In this document: positions 35,441 through 45,368 of the stretch, piece by piece
Layout of the letters: every line of letters begins with the position of its first letter
How positions within the stretch are numbered: position 1 is the first letter of the stretch
Source: an uncultured Gammaproteobacteria bacterium
Lineage (GTDB): Bacteria > Patescibacteriota > Patescibacteriia > JAHIZJ01
Length of the DNA stretch: 64,000 nucleotides
Reading direction: 5' to 3'
Assembly: GCA_964371245.1 (NCBI GenBank)
Contig: CAYJKP010000001.1
Location: 315,042-379,041, forward strand
Notes under the pieces: generated by a model
Seen by the model: the letters and a program-made list of their open reading frames with translations, nothing else
The model's database searches: none
What the model was told of the DNA's origin: nothing
Translations under genes and position numbers: made by a program

Positions 35441-37258
35441 ATGAATATACGCAATGTCGCCATCATCGCGCACGTCGATCATGGCAAAACAACACTTGTC
35501 GACGCGCTCTTGCGCCAATCAAAAACCTGGCTGAATAAAGAAGTCGCCGGGACTGATTTGATTATGGATTCGAATGACCTGGAGCGTGAGCGCGGGATTA
35601 CGATTTTTTCAAAAAATGCTTCGGTTGTCTGGACCGGTGTAAAAATCAATATCATCGACACGCCTGGGCACGCTGATTTCGGCGGCGAGGTGGAGCGGGT
35701 GTTAAATATGGCTGACGGCTGTTTATTGCTTGTCGACGCGAAAGAGGGGCCGATGCCGCAGACGCGCTTTGTCTTGAAAAAAGCGTTAGCCATGGGCCTC
35801 CGAATTATTGTGGTCGTGAATAAGATTGACAAACCCGATGCCCGTCCAGCCGAAGTGCTTGATCGGACATTCGACTTATTCGTCGAGCTGGGCGCAGACG
35901 ACCGGACGCTTGATTTCCCCGTGCTCTATGCCTCGGCAAAAGAAGGCCGGGCGGGCCTAACGGCTGACCTAGCCAGCTTGACCGATATTACCCCGATTTT
36001 TGACGCCATTCTCAATGAAATACCCGCGCCATCCGGCGATCCGACAAAGCCCCTGCAGCTGCTGATCACCTCGATCAGCGCTGATGCGTACAAAGGCCGG
36101 ATAGCGACTGGTCGAATCGCCCAAGGCGTGATTCGGTCAGGCGATACGATTACCCATATCAGCCGGTCTGGGATTCAAAAAAAATACCGCCTTGTTTCGC
36201 TGATGACGTATACCGGTCTTGAGCGGGTTGATGTGACTGAGGCCTCGGCCGGCGATATCGTCGCGCTGGCTGGCATACCCGATGTGACGATTGGCGAAAC
36301 AATCGCGGATGCTGAAAAACCGATTGCCCTGCCATTACTCGATATTGAGCAACCGACCGTAAAGATTACCTTGCGCATAAATGACTCGCCGTTCGCCGGC
36401 CGGGAGGGCCAGTATTGCACCTCGCGCCAGATTAACGAGCGTCTGGAAAAGGAGCTGGAAACGGATTTAGCACTCCGGGTAGAAGACAGCCCCTCAGGCG
36501 GCTGGGCCGTGTCAGGCCGAGGCGAACTGCATCTCGCCATATTAATCGAGCGACTCCGGCGCGAAGGTTATGAGCTTCAGGTTTCCCGTCCGCATGTGAT
36601 TTTGAAGACGGTTGAGGGCGTTGTCCAGGCGCCGTTTGAGCGCGTTTTTGTTGAAGTGCCGGAAGCGCACAGCGGGGCCGTTATTCAAAAACTGGGCAGT
36701 CGGGGCGGCGAGATGCACGATTTCCAAACCCGCGAGGGCGTCAGTTATTTGGAATTTGTCATTCCCACCCGGGGCCTCTTTGGCTTCCGGAGCGAATTTC
36801 TGACGGATACGCGCGGCCTGGGAATTATGAATACCCTGTTTGAGGGCTATTTTCCTGATCCGGGCAACTGGCATGAACGCGAGCAGGGCTCGCTCGTCGC
36901 CCACGAAAGCGGCGTGTCGAATCTCTATGGACTGCTCAATGTTCAAAACCGTGGTACATTTTTCATCGGTCCGGGCGTCGAGGTGTATAAAGGCCAGGTT
37001 GTGGGGCAAAATTCGCGCGAGGATGATATTCACGTAAATGTTTGTAAAACAAAGCAGCTTTCAAATATGCGTTCGAAGGGCGACGGCAGCGCCGAACATT
37101 TTAATCGGCCGAAGGACATGGGTCTCGAGGACGCTTTGGAGTATATTAACGACGACGAATTAGTCGAGGTCACGCCGAAATCGATTCGGATTAGGAAAAA
37201 GGTGCTTGACCTGCAAATCGCGAAAAAACTCGCCCGCGAGGAGAAGGGTGCTGCTTGA
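35441..37258 (+). CDS. typA: Translational GTPase TypA/BipA
   Basis: RNVAIIAHVDHGKTTLVD, ERERGITI, DTPGHADFGGEVER, GRGELHL, DDELVEVTP. Confidence 0.97.
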   Translation: MNIRNVAIIAHVDHGKTTLVDALLRQSKTWLNKEVAGTDLIMDSNDLERERGITIFSKNASVVWTGVKINIIDTPGHADFGGEVERVLNMADGCLLLVDAKEGPMPQTRFVLKKALAMGLRIIVVVNKIDKPDARPAEVLDRTFDLFVELGADDRTLDFPVLYASAKEGRAGLTADLASLTDITPIFDAILNEIPAPSGDPTKPLQLLITSISADAYKGRIATGRIAQGVIRSGDTITHISRSGIQKKYRLVSLMTYTGLERVDVTEASAGDIVALAGIPDVTIGETIADAEKPIALPLLDIEQPTVKITLRINDSPFAGREGQYCTSRQINERLEKELETDLALRVEDSPSGGWAVSGRGELHLAILIERLRREGYELQVSRPHVILKTVEGVVQAPFERVFVEVPEAHSGAVIQKLGSRGGEMHDFQTREGVSYLEFVIPTRGLFGFRSEFLTDTRGLGIMNTLFEGYFPDPGNWHEREQGSLVAHESGVSNLYGLLNVQNRGTFFIGPGVEVYKGQVVGQNSREDDIHVNVCKTKQLSNMRSKGDGSAEHFNRPKDMGLEDALEYINDDELVEVTPKSIRIRKKVLDLQIAKKLAREEKGAA

Positions 37259-37493
37259 CAAACACAGAAAATAGGGTATGATGCTCCATTGACTTTATTC
37301 TCGATACTTTTGTTATCTATAAGCCTTGGTTGATAGCTGAACTGTTGAATGTATCAATAGACAGCTGCCAAACAGGGTTGAAAAGAAAACAAACCTGTAA
37401 AGCGGTGACCGGCGAAGAACGTCGGTCGGCTCATTCCCAACGGATGCTCGAGGGCGAAGACCGTTCCGGCATCCGACAGACGGGAGGTTCATC

Positions 37494-38000
37494 GTGATGC
37501 GCGTGTTTCGGCATAGCCGAAATCAGGTAAGATGGCTCTACGGAGTCGCGCTATTCTTCTCACTGGTGGGTGGGGGAGCGGCGATAATCTCAATCGAGAG
37601 CGGACGACCATCGTTCGCCGCCTGGCTGTGGCTCATCGCACCAGTCGTCCCACTTCTCATCGTCAATGGTGTCATGGAGATCCACCTGCGACAGAAGCTC
37701 GCCCATATGATCTATTCAAAACCTCGACGAGCTATCTTCGGGTCCAGGTCAGTCACGACCTATCACTACGATCGCGCGGTGGAGATGATGCTCACCCAGC
37801 TGGCAGAACGCCTTGGCGCAGCGATCCGAGTCGAAGAAGCAATGCGAGAAGGCGAATACTGTCCGGCAACAATGGGCGTCATAAGGGCTCACGTTAGGTT
37901 GGCAAAGAGTGCTTTCTGGCGTGCGTATTGGCTGGCTAGTATCTTTGACAAACCAGTCAAGTCGAGCTGGAAGGACTATCTGACGGCGCAGGTTGCCTAA
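37494..38000 (+). CDS. Two-transmembrane hypothetical protein
   Basis: GGGAGG ribosome-binding site; promoter TTGACA...TATGAT at about 37255; long hairpin-rich leader. Confidence 0.65.
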   Translation: MMRVFRHSRNQVRWLYGVALFFSLVGGGAAIISIESGRPSFAAWLWLIAPVVPLLIVNGVMEIHLRQKLAHMIYSKPRRAIFGSRSVTTYHYDRAVEMMLTQLAERLGAAIRVEEAMREGEYCPATMGVIRAHVRLAKSAFWRAYWLASIFDKPVKSSWKDYLTAQVA

Positions 38001-38181
38001 GTTGCGGACTTGCCGTCGGCTCGGGTCGAGTCTCGTCACAAGCGACTTTACCCGGGCATTTTTTATACCCAATAGTATTGATATAATAAAAGGTGGATGG
38101 GAAATATGTCAGCCGATTCAAAAACGGATGTCTCGGGACGACTTTTTTGACAAAGAGCCGCGCCACCGGTAGGCTGAAGAA

Positions 38182-38826
38182 GTGGATAATGTCTTCGCCG
38201 TTTATAAGCCCGTCGGTCCGACCTCAAATGATATCCTCGAGGATATCCGTCGTCGCACCGGCATAAAAAAAGTCGGCCACGCTGGCACGCTCGATCCACT
38301 CGCCAGCGGCGTTTTAATTGTGGCCATCGGCCGCGACGCGACGAAGCGACTTTCGGCGGAGGTGGCCAAGGAAAAAGAATATCTCGCCACTATCCGGCTT
38401 GGCGAGGAAAGCACGACCGACGACGCGGAGGGCGAAAAAACGAAGCAGGCAATCGAAACGCCGCCGAGTCGTGAGCAGATCCAAGAAATTCTGCCACAAT
38501 TTGTCGGTCAGATCGAACAGACGCCGCCGAAATATAGCGCCATAAAAATTAAAGGTCGAGAAGCCTATAAATACGCCCGCCAGAATCAAACCGTTGTCTT
38601 GGAGCCGAGAATGGTCACGGTAAAAGAAATTACGTTGGTTTCGTATGCCTGGCCAGACGTCGTCTTGCGCATTGTCACCGGACCGGGCGTGTATATTCGT
38701 TCACTGGCCAGGGATCTTGGTCGGGCACTCGGTGTGGGTGGCTATATTTCCGCTTTGGAGCGGACACGGGTGGGGGAGTTTACAAAAGATCAGTGCGTCG
38801 ATCCCGATCAAATAACGGTACGCTAA
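38182..38826 (+). CDS. truB: tRNA pseudouridine-55 synthase
   Basis: KP.G.TS, KVGHAGTLDPLASGVL, PP.YSA.K, G.YIRSLARDLG. Confidence 0.96.
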   Translation: MDNVFAVYKPVGPTSNDILEDIRRRTGIKKVGHAGTLDPLASGVLIVAIGRDATKRLSAEVAKEKEYLATIRLGEESTTDDAEGEKTKQAIETPPSREQIQEILPQFVGQIEQTPPKYSAIKIKGREAYKYARQNQTVVLEPRMVTVKEITLVSYAWPDVVLRIVTGPGVYIRSLARDLGRALGVGGYISALERTRVGEFTKDQCVDPDQITVR

Positions 38827-38870
38827 CACAGATGACACAAATATCCATATTTGATAATATGAAACCGTCT

Positions 38871-39554
38871 ATGAATGAAAAAATGATCCGGCTTTCACCG
38901 AGTACAGGGTTGAATCTTTACCGCGAATGTCCGCGCTGTTTTTGGCTGCACCATAACAAAGGTATCCATCGGCCGCGCGGAATATTCCCATCCTTGCCCG
39001 GCGGGATGGATCTGGTGATTAAAGACTACATGGACAGCTTCCGAAAACGCGACACCATGCCGCCTGAACTCGCCGGACAGGTTGAAGGAAAATTAATGAC
39101 TGACCTAGTCTTGATGAATAAATGGCGCAATTGGCGCACCGGCATGGAATATAAAGATACTGCGATGAACGCCGTTCTTTTCGGCGCGCTTGACGAATGC
39201 CTCTTTGATAATGGCACGTACATCCCGCTTGATTATAAAACGAGGGGGAGTGCGCCAAAAGAGGGGGACTCAGAACGGTATTATCAGACCCAGCTCGACG
39301 CCTACACCTTGCTTTTATCTGAAAACGGTTATCCGACAAAGAATCTCGCCTATTTGCTGTACTATTTTCCTCACGAAGTCAAACAAAACGGTGAAGTAAC
39401 ATTTCGAACCAAGGTCATTCGTCTGAGCACTGACGTCGCCCGCGCCAAAAAATTGTTCAGCGAAGCGGTGCGGGTGCTGCGCGGAGCAATTCCGAAACGG
39501 CACAGCAACTGCGAGTATTGCACCTGGAACCACAGCCTCAATGAATTTGATTAA
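38871..39554 (+). CDS. Stand-alone PD-(D/E)XK nuclease (Cas4/AddB-like)
   Basis: LSPS...CPRC, GALD, DYKT, QL..Y, CEYC. Confidence 0.85.
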   Translation: MNEKMIRLSPSTGLNLYRECPRCFWLHHNKGIHRPRGIFPSLPGGMDLVIKDYMDSFRKRDTMPPELAGQVEGKLMTDLVLMNKWRNWRTGMEYKDTAMNAVLFGALDECLFDNGTYIPLDYKTRGSAPKEGDSERYYQTQLDAYTLLLSENGYPTKNLAYLLYYFPHEVKQNGEVTFRTKVIRLSTDVARAKKLFSEAVRVLRGAIPKRHSNCEYCTWNHSLNEFD

Positions 39555-39571
39555 TTATTAACAAAAATACC

Positions 39572-40018
39572 ATGATGCGACTGATGAGCCATAATTTTGT
39601 TGACGGTGGAAAAATCCCATCAAAGTATACCTGCGATAGCGAAGGGGTAAATCCGCATTTATCTTGGGAGGGCGCACCCGAAGGGACAAAAAGTTTTGCC
39701 GTAACATGCCTTGACCCGGATGCGACTATCGGCGAGTTCGCGCATTGGCTTATCGTCAACATTCCTCCAACCGTGCGCGAAATTCCAGAGGTGTCATCAG
39801 CGCCAGCCGGCGCGGATGAGATCGCGAATGACTCTGGCCGACCTGGCTACCACGGACCATGTCCACCGCGCGGGGAGCATCGGTATATTTTCACGATCTA
39901 TGCGCTGGGGATTGAACATGTCGAGGGATTAAACCGGGAAACGTTTGTGGCTGAGGTGAAAGAGCACATGCTCGATTCGGCGACCTTAGTCGGATTATAT
40001 CAACGGGTTACTCAATAA
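39572..40018 (+). CDS. YbhB/YbcL family (PEBP) protein
   Basis: YTCD, P.LSW...P, DPDA, HW, GPCPP.G.HRY.F. Confidence 0.92.
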   Translation: MMRLMSHNFVDGGKIPSKYTCDSEGVNPHLSWEGAPEGTKSFAVTCLDPDATIGEFAHWLIVNIPPTVREIPEVSSAPAGADEIANDSGRPGYHGPCPPRGEHRYIFTIYALGIEHVEGLNRETFVAEVKEHMLDSATLVGLYQRVTQ

Positions 40019-40023
40019 AAAGA

Positions 40024-41190
40024 ATGACATCAGAAAAATACTTTTCATACCGGGGGAAAATTAATCGCGACAATCGAAAATTCAGCACGGTTTATGTTGT
40101 TATCGGATGCGTAGTCGCGTTCATTGCTGGCGCAGTAATTATTGTGGCGAGTAGGCAAACGCAGGTTTCCAGTCCGCTGAGCTTCATAGCCGGCACCCCA
40201 AAGGGAGCGTCAGCAGACAATTCGGGTATTAATGCTTTTTCACCGACCCGTGCTGGAAAAGTCACGTTTATCGCAGTTGGTGATGTCATGCTTTCGCGGA
40301 CAGTCGGTCAGAAAATACGTGAGCACGGGATCGGGTATCCTTTTGAAAAAACCACCGGATTACTAACCTCGGGCGATTTTGCTTTTGGCAACCTTGAAAC
40401 CTCGATTACCGAGGGGCCGGTCGTGAAAAGCGGAACGATGATGTTCCGGGCTGATCCTGGCGTTGAAAACGCTCTCAAGGATAATGAGCTCGTCATTCTC
40501 TCGCTGGCGAACAATCATACGCCAAATTACGGACAGAAAGGCTTGCATGATACGTTTGATTATCTGACGAAGGCCGGAATCCAATATGTTGGGGCTGGGA
40601 AGGATGGTGTTGAAGCGCGGACTCCGAAAATAATTGAGCGTGCCGGCGTGCGCATTGCCTTTCTCGCCTACAACGACAGTGATGTCGTACCGGCGTCGTA
40701 TGAAGCGAGTTCCAGTCGGGCCGGGACTGCCCTGATGAATATCAATACTTTGAAGAAAGATATTGAAACAGCAAAACAAAAGGCTGACGTTGTTTTTGTG
40801 TCAATGCATTCGGGTACGGAATACGTCCCCGGTCCGAATGCCCGGCAGACCGCTTTTGCCCACGCCGCCATCGAGGCTGGCGCCGAATTGGTCATCGGCC
40901 ATCATCCCCATGTTGTCCAAAGCGTCGAGGAATACCAGGGCAAGCTCATCATCTATAGTTTAGGGAATTTCGTATTTGATCAAATGTGGTCGACTGAAAC
41001 GCAGCAGGGCGTTGTGGCCGAGATTACGCTGGCCCGATCAACGGTAACGAATATCGAATTTACGCCGATCATGATTGAAGACTATGCACAGCCGCGTCTC
41101 GCGCACGGCGAGGAGATTAATACGATTCTTGATCGTCTCCAGCTGGATAAAATCAGCCAGCGCACATCGGGCTGGTCGCCCAAAACGTAA
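40024..41190 (+). CDS. CapA/PGA_cap family metallophosphatase-like protein
   Basis: VGDVM, NLE, LANNH, H.G.EY, GHHPHV, YSLGNFVF. Confidence 0.92.
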   Translation: MTSEKYFSYRGKINRDNRKFSTVYVVIGCVVAFIAGAVIIVASRQTQVSSPLSFIAGTPKGASADNSGINAFSPTRAGKVTFIAVGDVMLSRTVGQKIREHGIGYPFEKTTGLLTSGDFAFGNLETSITEGPVVKSGTMMFRADPGVENALKDNELVILSLANNHTPNYGQKGLHDTFDYLTKAGIQYVGAGKDGVEARTPKIIERAGVRIAFLAYNDSDVVPASYEASSSRAGTALMNINTLKKDIETAKQKADVVFVSMHSGTEYVPGPNARQTAFAHAAIEAGAELVIGHHPHVVQSVEEYQGKLIIYSLGNFVFDQMWSTETQQGVVAEITLARSTVTNIEFTPIMIEDYAQPRLAHGEEINTILDRLQLDKISQRTSGWSPKT

Positions 41191-41211
41191 AGCGCTATAG
41201 CTTTGCCACAA

Positions 41212-41243
41212 ACAGAAAGACCGCCACGAGGCGGCCTTTCTGT
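41212..41243. terminator. Bidirectional terminator
   Basis: ACAGAAAG.CCGCC-ACGA-GGCGG.CTTTCTGT between convergent genes. Confidence 0.75.
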
Positions 41244-41266
41244 TGTAGTAAACGTGATTCTTTTTT

Positions 41267-41551
41267 TTAAAGAATGGTGTCCTTGGCTTGTTTGGCCACT
41301 CGGAATTTCACTACAGTTTTCGCCGGGATCTGAATCGTCTCGCCAGTCGCTGGGTTGCGACCCTGGCGGGCGGCGCGGTTTTTCTTGACCAATTTGCCAA
41401 GACCGGGCAGGGTGAATTCACCCTTGGCTTTTGTTTCCGCGTAGGCCGTTTCCACGAGGATGTTCATAAAGTCAGCGACCTCCTTTTTGGAGCGTCCTGA
41501 TTTGTCGGCCAAGACCGCGAACAGTTGAGACTTTGTCATTGATTTTGGCAT
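41267..41551 (-). CDS. hup: HU family DNA-binding protein
   Basis: MTKSQL, R.AR.GRNPATGE.I.IPAK...KF. Confidence 0.93.
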   Translation of the reverse strand: MPKSMTKSQLFAVLADKSGRSKKEVADFMNILVETAYAETKAKGEFTLPGLGKLVKKNRAARQGRNPATGETIQIPAKTVVKFRVAKQAKDTIL

Positions 41552-41795
41552 ACGTCTCTTTTAGTTATTAACATTTACCCAATAATTATAACGAAAATAC
41601 ACAAAAAAACAACAAAATTGTGTTAATTATTAATGTTTTTCAATGATTTTATCTGATGATATATGAATAATATGCTATTAATTGTTTAATATTAGCCAAA
41701 TAACATTTAAAAAATAAATCATACAATTAATGCCAATAAATACGTATTAATACCGTTATGCTATAATTTTGCCGTATGAATATTCGCAAACGCAT

Positions 41796-42098
41796 ATGAA
41801 AAAAATCATCGCCATTACGTTAGTTATTCTTTCTGTTGGCTTCACTGTTGGTTGCAGGGAAAGCAAGACCGAAAATACAAATCAAGCATCAGTACCGACA
41901 AATGCCACGGATAGCGGCAACGCGAACAGCAATCGCGCTCAAGAAGGAAATAACGGAAACGTAAACGCATCGTTCAACCGCAATCTCCAGGAAATTGAGA
42001 TGTTAACAAACAGCGCCGATGCGGCAGGTAAAAATGTTGATACCGAATATGATGGATTCGAAAATCTCGACGCGAGCGACGATAACATTGAGATATAA
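41796..42098 (+). CDS. Putative small lipoprotein
   Basis: MKK plus hydrophobic core and TVGC lipobox; Asn-rich. Confidence 0.7.
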   Translation: MKKIIAITLVILSVGFTVGCRESKTENTNQASVPTNATDSGNANSNRAQEGNNGNVNASFNRNLQEIEMLTNSADAAGKNVDTEYDGFENLDASDDNIEI

Positions 42099-42115
42099 TT
42101 ATTTACATTATCGAT

Positions 42116-42862
42116 ATGAACAAACGGTGCGGTAAAACAATTGGTCTGATCAGTCTCGGCGTTTTCGCTCTATTTTTCTCCTGGCCCGGCATTACGCAGG
42201 CGGTTCAAAAGGTCGATGCGCTCAATGAATATCGAAACGCGAAAACACAGGAAGAGAAATTGGAAAAGGTTAAGGCGCTCGGCGTTGACATGATTGACCG
42301 ACGCATTGCGTCTCTTGAGCAGCTGAAGAAAATACTGGATCAGGCGGTGAAGCTTGAACCAACCTTGAGAGATTCCTTGATTATTCGAATTAATGACGCC
42401 GAAAACGGTCTGAACGCTTTGAAGACCGAAATCCAAACGGGCACTGATTTCGAGGCGGTTCGTGAAAAGGTGCGCTCGATTATAACTGGCTATCGCGTCT
42501 ACGCCGTTTTTATGCCCCAGATACGCGGACTCGCTGTCATCGATCGTTTGCGGACGTATCAGGAAACGCTTGATGCCTTGAAGGTTGCTCTTCAGGCAAA
42601 GGTTGACGATGCAGAGGCGGCTGGTCGTCCAGTCGAAGAGAGCCAAGGGAAAATTGATCGGGCAACAACGGCGTTAGCGAACGGCGCCAGTTTCCTGGCC
42701 ACGGCTGAACGCGATTTCTCAAACATGAAAATCGATGAAGCCGTCGCCGCACACGACTTGTTCAAAAACGGAAAAGGCGATCTTCAGAATGCGCGCGATT
42801 CATTTCATCAGGCAAAAACCCTGCTTCGCGAGGCAACAAACGTTCTTCGCGAACTGAAATAA
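42116..42862 (+). CDS. Secreted coiled-coil protein
   Basis: Signal peptide; all-helical heptad pattern. Confidence 0.75.
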   Translation: MNKRCGKTIGLISLGVFALFFSWPGITQAVQKVDALNEYRNAKTQEEKLEKVKALGVDMIDRRIASLEQLKKILDQAVKLEPTLRDSLIIRINDAENGLNALKTEIQTGTDFEAVREKVRSIITGYRVYAVFMPQIRGLAVIDRLRTYQETLDALKVALQAKVDDAEAAGRPVEESQGKIDRATTALANGASFLATAERDFSNMKIDEAVAAHDLFKNGKGDLQNARDSFHQAKTLLREATNVLRELK

Positions 42863-42963
42863 ACACAGGTATTGAAGAAACTGAGCGAACTGAAAAAGTT
42901 ACGATAAAAAACTGAACCCCCTGGACCAGATGGTCGCAAGGGGCTTGAAACGTTTTCTCGAGC

Positions 42964-43119
42964 TTACGCGCGAGGAAAGGTTTCGAGGAGATTCTGAAGC
43001 ATTGTCCCGACCATCGCCAGACCAGAATGAATAATCGAGAGAGCGGGGACAGCGACTTCAGGAAGGAACAGTTTTAGCAGGACGATGGTCAGAACCAGGA
43101 AGAAGAGGAAGCGAATCAT
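42964..43119 (-). CDS. 51-aa hydrophobic small protein (absent from the ORF track)
   Basis: MIRFLFFLVLTIVLLKLFLPEVAVPALSIIHSGLAMVGTMLQNLLETFPRA; downstream hairpin at about 42917-42944. Confidence 0.55.
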   Translation of the reverse strand: MIRFLFFLVLTIVLLKLFLPEVAVPALSIIHSGLAMVGTMLQNLLETFPRA

Positions 43120-43577
43120 GTGTTTAGGCTTATTGGATTAAGCCTGGAGGCTCAAAGGGTGGACTGCGCGACGAACCGCAATCCACGGGGGTTCTTTGTG
43201 ACCACCATCCTTTGATTCTCTCCAGCCGGAAGGGCGGGAACGCGTCCTGGCCTTTCAGTTGGAGAGAATGCGTTATGTTGTGGAAAGAACAGCACTGTAT
43301 GATATCATCATACTATTATATTTGTCAAATTTATGGCCACACTCTTGACAAAAATATCTGGCGGTGATACCATCGCCCTAACCATCCTTTAACCGGGATG
43401 TGTTGATGCGAAGGCATAGATCAACGGTCCATCATTAGGACGCTTTAGACCGTTGGGAGCCTAGTAGCGTAACCACCCATCAACAAACTGGTTAACTACT
43501 TTGCCCGTCCGTTTATCGGACGATCTGATGCCTCCTATGGGGCTCTTTTTGTTGTGAGTCAACAAGGGAGGTGCACC

Positions 43578-44312
43578 ATGCAATGGGTTCTGCTTTTTGA
43601 CACGAACGTCGAGCGGCTCAACCTGTTTCTGTCCGCGCTCCTTGGGTATCAGGTGATCGGCGTGTCGGAATTCAGCGCCGCCAAGCGGCTCATTCTCGAA
43701 CGCCAGCCCGCGATCGTTCTGGCGGATTGGTTCGACTCAAACACGAACCGTCTGCTGAACGAGCTCGAGCAGATCCGCGACCGGCCCATCCCGCCGTTTT
43801 ACTTCATGGCCGACGTGCCGAACCAGGCGAAGGTCCGCGAATGCCGGCGTCGGGCGCTCAGCCAGGGAGCCTTCGGTTTCATCCCGCGGCCGATCGGCCA
43901 GGCTCAGTTCCTGCTCTATGTCAACGGGGCATTGGCTCGGGCCAGAGGCTATCAGGTCGCGGAGGTGACAACCATAGTGTTGCCAGCCACGTTCGGTACG
44001 AAGGACGACCCGCTGCTTATAGCCTTGAACGGCTCGCCCTATTCGAACATCGCCCACTTGGCCGGCGGCTGGGAAGTCCTTGACTCTATTCTGGAGCGTC
44101 ATGGCATCCGGGCATCGGAAGAGGACATGAGCGAACTGCGTGAGGCGATCGTCGGCTGGGGCAGCCTACGGGAAGAGGACCGACTGCTCCGGGCGATCGA
44201 CTTGCACGACGGCCTGCTCTTCGACTGTCGCACTCCCGTTGACCAGGTGATCTATGACATTGCCCATGAGATCCTGTATGGCGCTGGCGTGAAAGGAAGC
44301 AAGGCTGCCTGA
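43578..44312 (+). CDS. Atypical receiver-domain protein with an unknown C-terminal domain
   Basis: GGGAGG ribosome-binding site; VLLFD, P.IVLADW, GAFGFIPRP (conserved Lys replaced by Arg). Confidence 0.65.
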   Translation: MQWVLLFDTNVERLNLFLSALLGYQVIGVSEFSAAKRLILERQPAIVLADWFDSNTNRLLNELEQIRDRPIPPFYFMADVPNQAKVRECRRRALSQGAFGFIPRPIGQAQFLLYVNGALARARGYQVAEVTTIVLPATFGTKDDPLLIALNGSPYSNIAHLAGGWEVLDSILERHGIRASEEDMSELREAIVGWGSLREEDRLLRAIDLHDGLLFDCRTPVDQVIYDIAHEILYGAGVKGSKAA

Positions 44313-44490
44313 GTTCGGCCGTCCAGTCACATCCGGCACCATCTCCGTGTTCACCCTTATCCGGCTGGTAACACAGCGGGATCTGCGGTGACTGCCCGAG
44401 TGCCACTCGCGTGGTCGCTCGGGCTTTTTTAATAATAAAAAAATGAGGGTACGATAGTGGTACCCTCAGCCGTCGCGTTGGTAACGGCGG

Positions 44491-44988
44491 CTATGCGTCA
44501 GTCGGAGGCTTGGCGCCCAGGTATTTCCTGATGTAGAACTTCTTCATCGTCTCTGATCCCATGAAGAGAACCAGGACCACGAAGCACTGTTCGGCCAGGT
44601 GCTTCGGAATCTTTACGTTCTCAAATAGCATGGAACCTAGCGAGATCAAGAAGAACATACTCCACCAGGCGATAACCCAGCGGCCGCCGCGGCGAGTGAT
44701 GTGTTTCGTATGCGACCAGCGCATGACCTCCTTATTGGAGACATACATGGCCAGAAACGCACAGTACATCGTCACGGTGACGAACGGAACCTGCCAGTGG
44801 GCGGCGTGCAGCACCTGCAGCCACGGGAGGAGTCGGACCGCTTCCATCACGTTCATGAGGAACATCAAGCACGTGAAGAAAGAGAATCCCTGGCAGAGCA
44901 GTTGGGCGTTGATGTTAGCCCGAGACACCTCATCAACAGTCGGCTTGGCCAACCGGATTTCTCCCCTCAAAGCCGTGTGCGTCCTCAT
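44491..44988 (-). CDS. Four-transmembrane hypothetical protein
   Basis: AAGGAG ribosome-binding site before ATG 44988; four hydrophobic segments. Confidence 0.7.
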   Translation of the reverse strand: MRTHTALRGEIRLAKPTVDEVSRANINAQLLCQGFSFFTCLMFLMNVMEAVRLLPWLQVLHAAHWQVPFVTVTMYCAFLAMYVSNKEVMRWSHTKHITRRGGRWVIAWWSMFFLISLGSMLFENVKIPKHLAEQCFVVLVLFMGSETMKKFYIRKYLGAKPPTDA

Positions 44989-45248
44989 GGCGGACACTCC
45001 TTTCTGATGCAGACCCAGATGTTGATTTATGGAATGCGCAACCCCTCGAAATCCTGAGCCGATGAGTTTAGTTCAAAACAGGGCTTTTGTCAATGCCAGG
45101 ATGTGCACCAGTTATGCACCGAATTTTGCTAAGGTTTAACAAAAAACATGATTATGATATAAATCTTGGTAAGTCGTCAAAGGGCCTTTATTTTTCAGGC
45201 GCTATCTGATATGCTAGGGTGGACTTTAAAAAAACACGTTTCTTCAGT

Positions 45249-45322
45249 CGGGGTGTAGCGCAGTTGGCTAGCGCGCGTCGTTCGGGTCGACGAGGCCGAG
45301 GGTTCGAGTCCCTCCACCCCGA
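45249..45322 (+). tRNA. tRNA-Pro(CGG); CCA not encoded
   Basis: CGGGGTG...CACCCCG-A; anticodon arm CGTCG-TTCGGGT-CGACG; GGTTCGAGTCC. Confidence 0.95.
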
Positions 45323-45368
45323 CTGAGGAAAGGTGGAAAGTGATTGACACATAAACACTTATTTTCGC

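Noticed and set aside
38871-39554. Cas4-like nuclease as evidence of a CRISPR system
   Set aside because: Stand-alone PD-(D/E)XK gene in a housekeeping context (truB, YbhB); no cas1/cas2 or array
41552-41795. Very AT-rich intergenic stretch
   Set aside because: Explained as the divergent promoter region between hup and the lipoprotein gene; no repeats or DnaA boxes seen
45241-45331. tRNA-Pro as a prophage or island attachment site
   Set aside because: No duplicated 3' end or integrase was seen; the flanks only extend the acceptor stem
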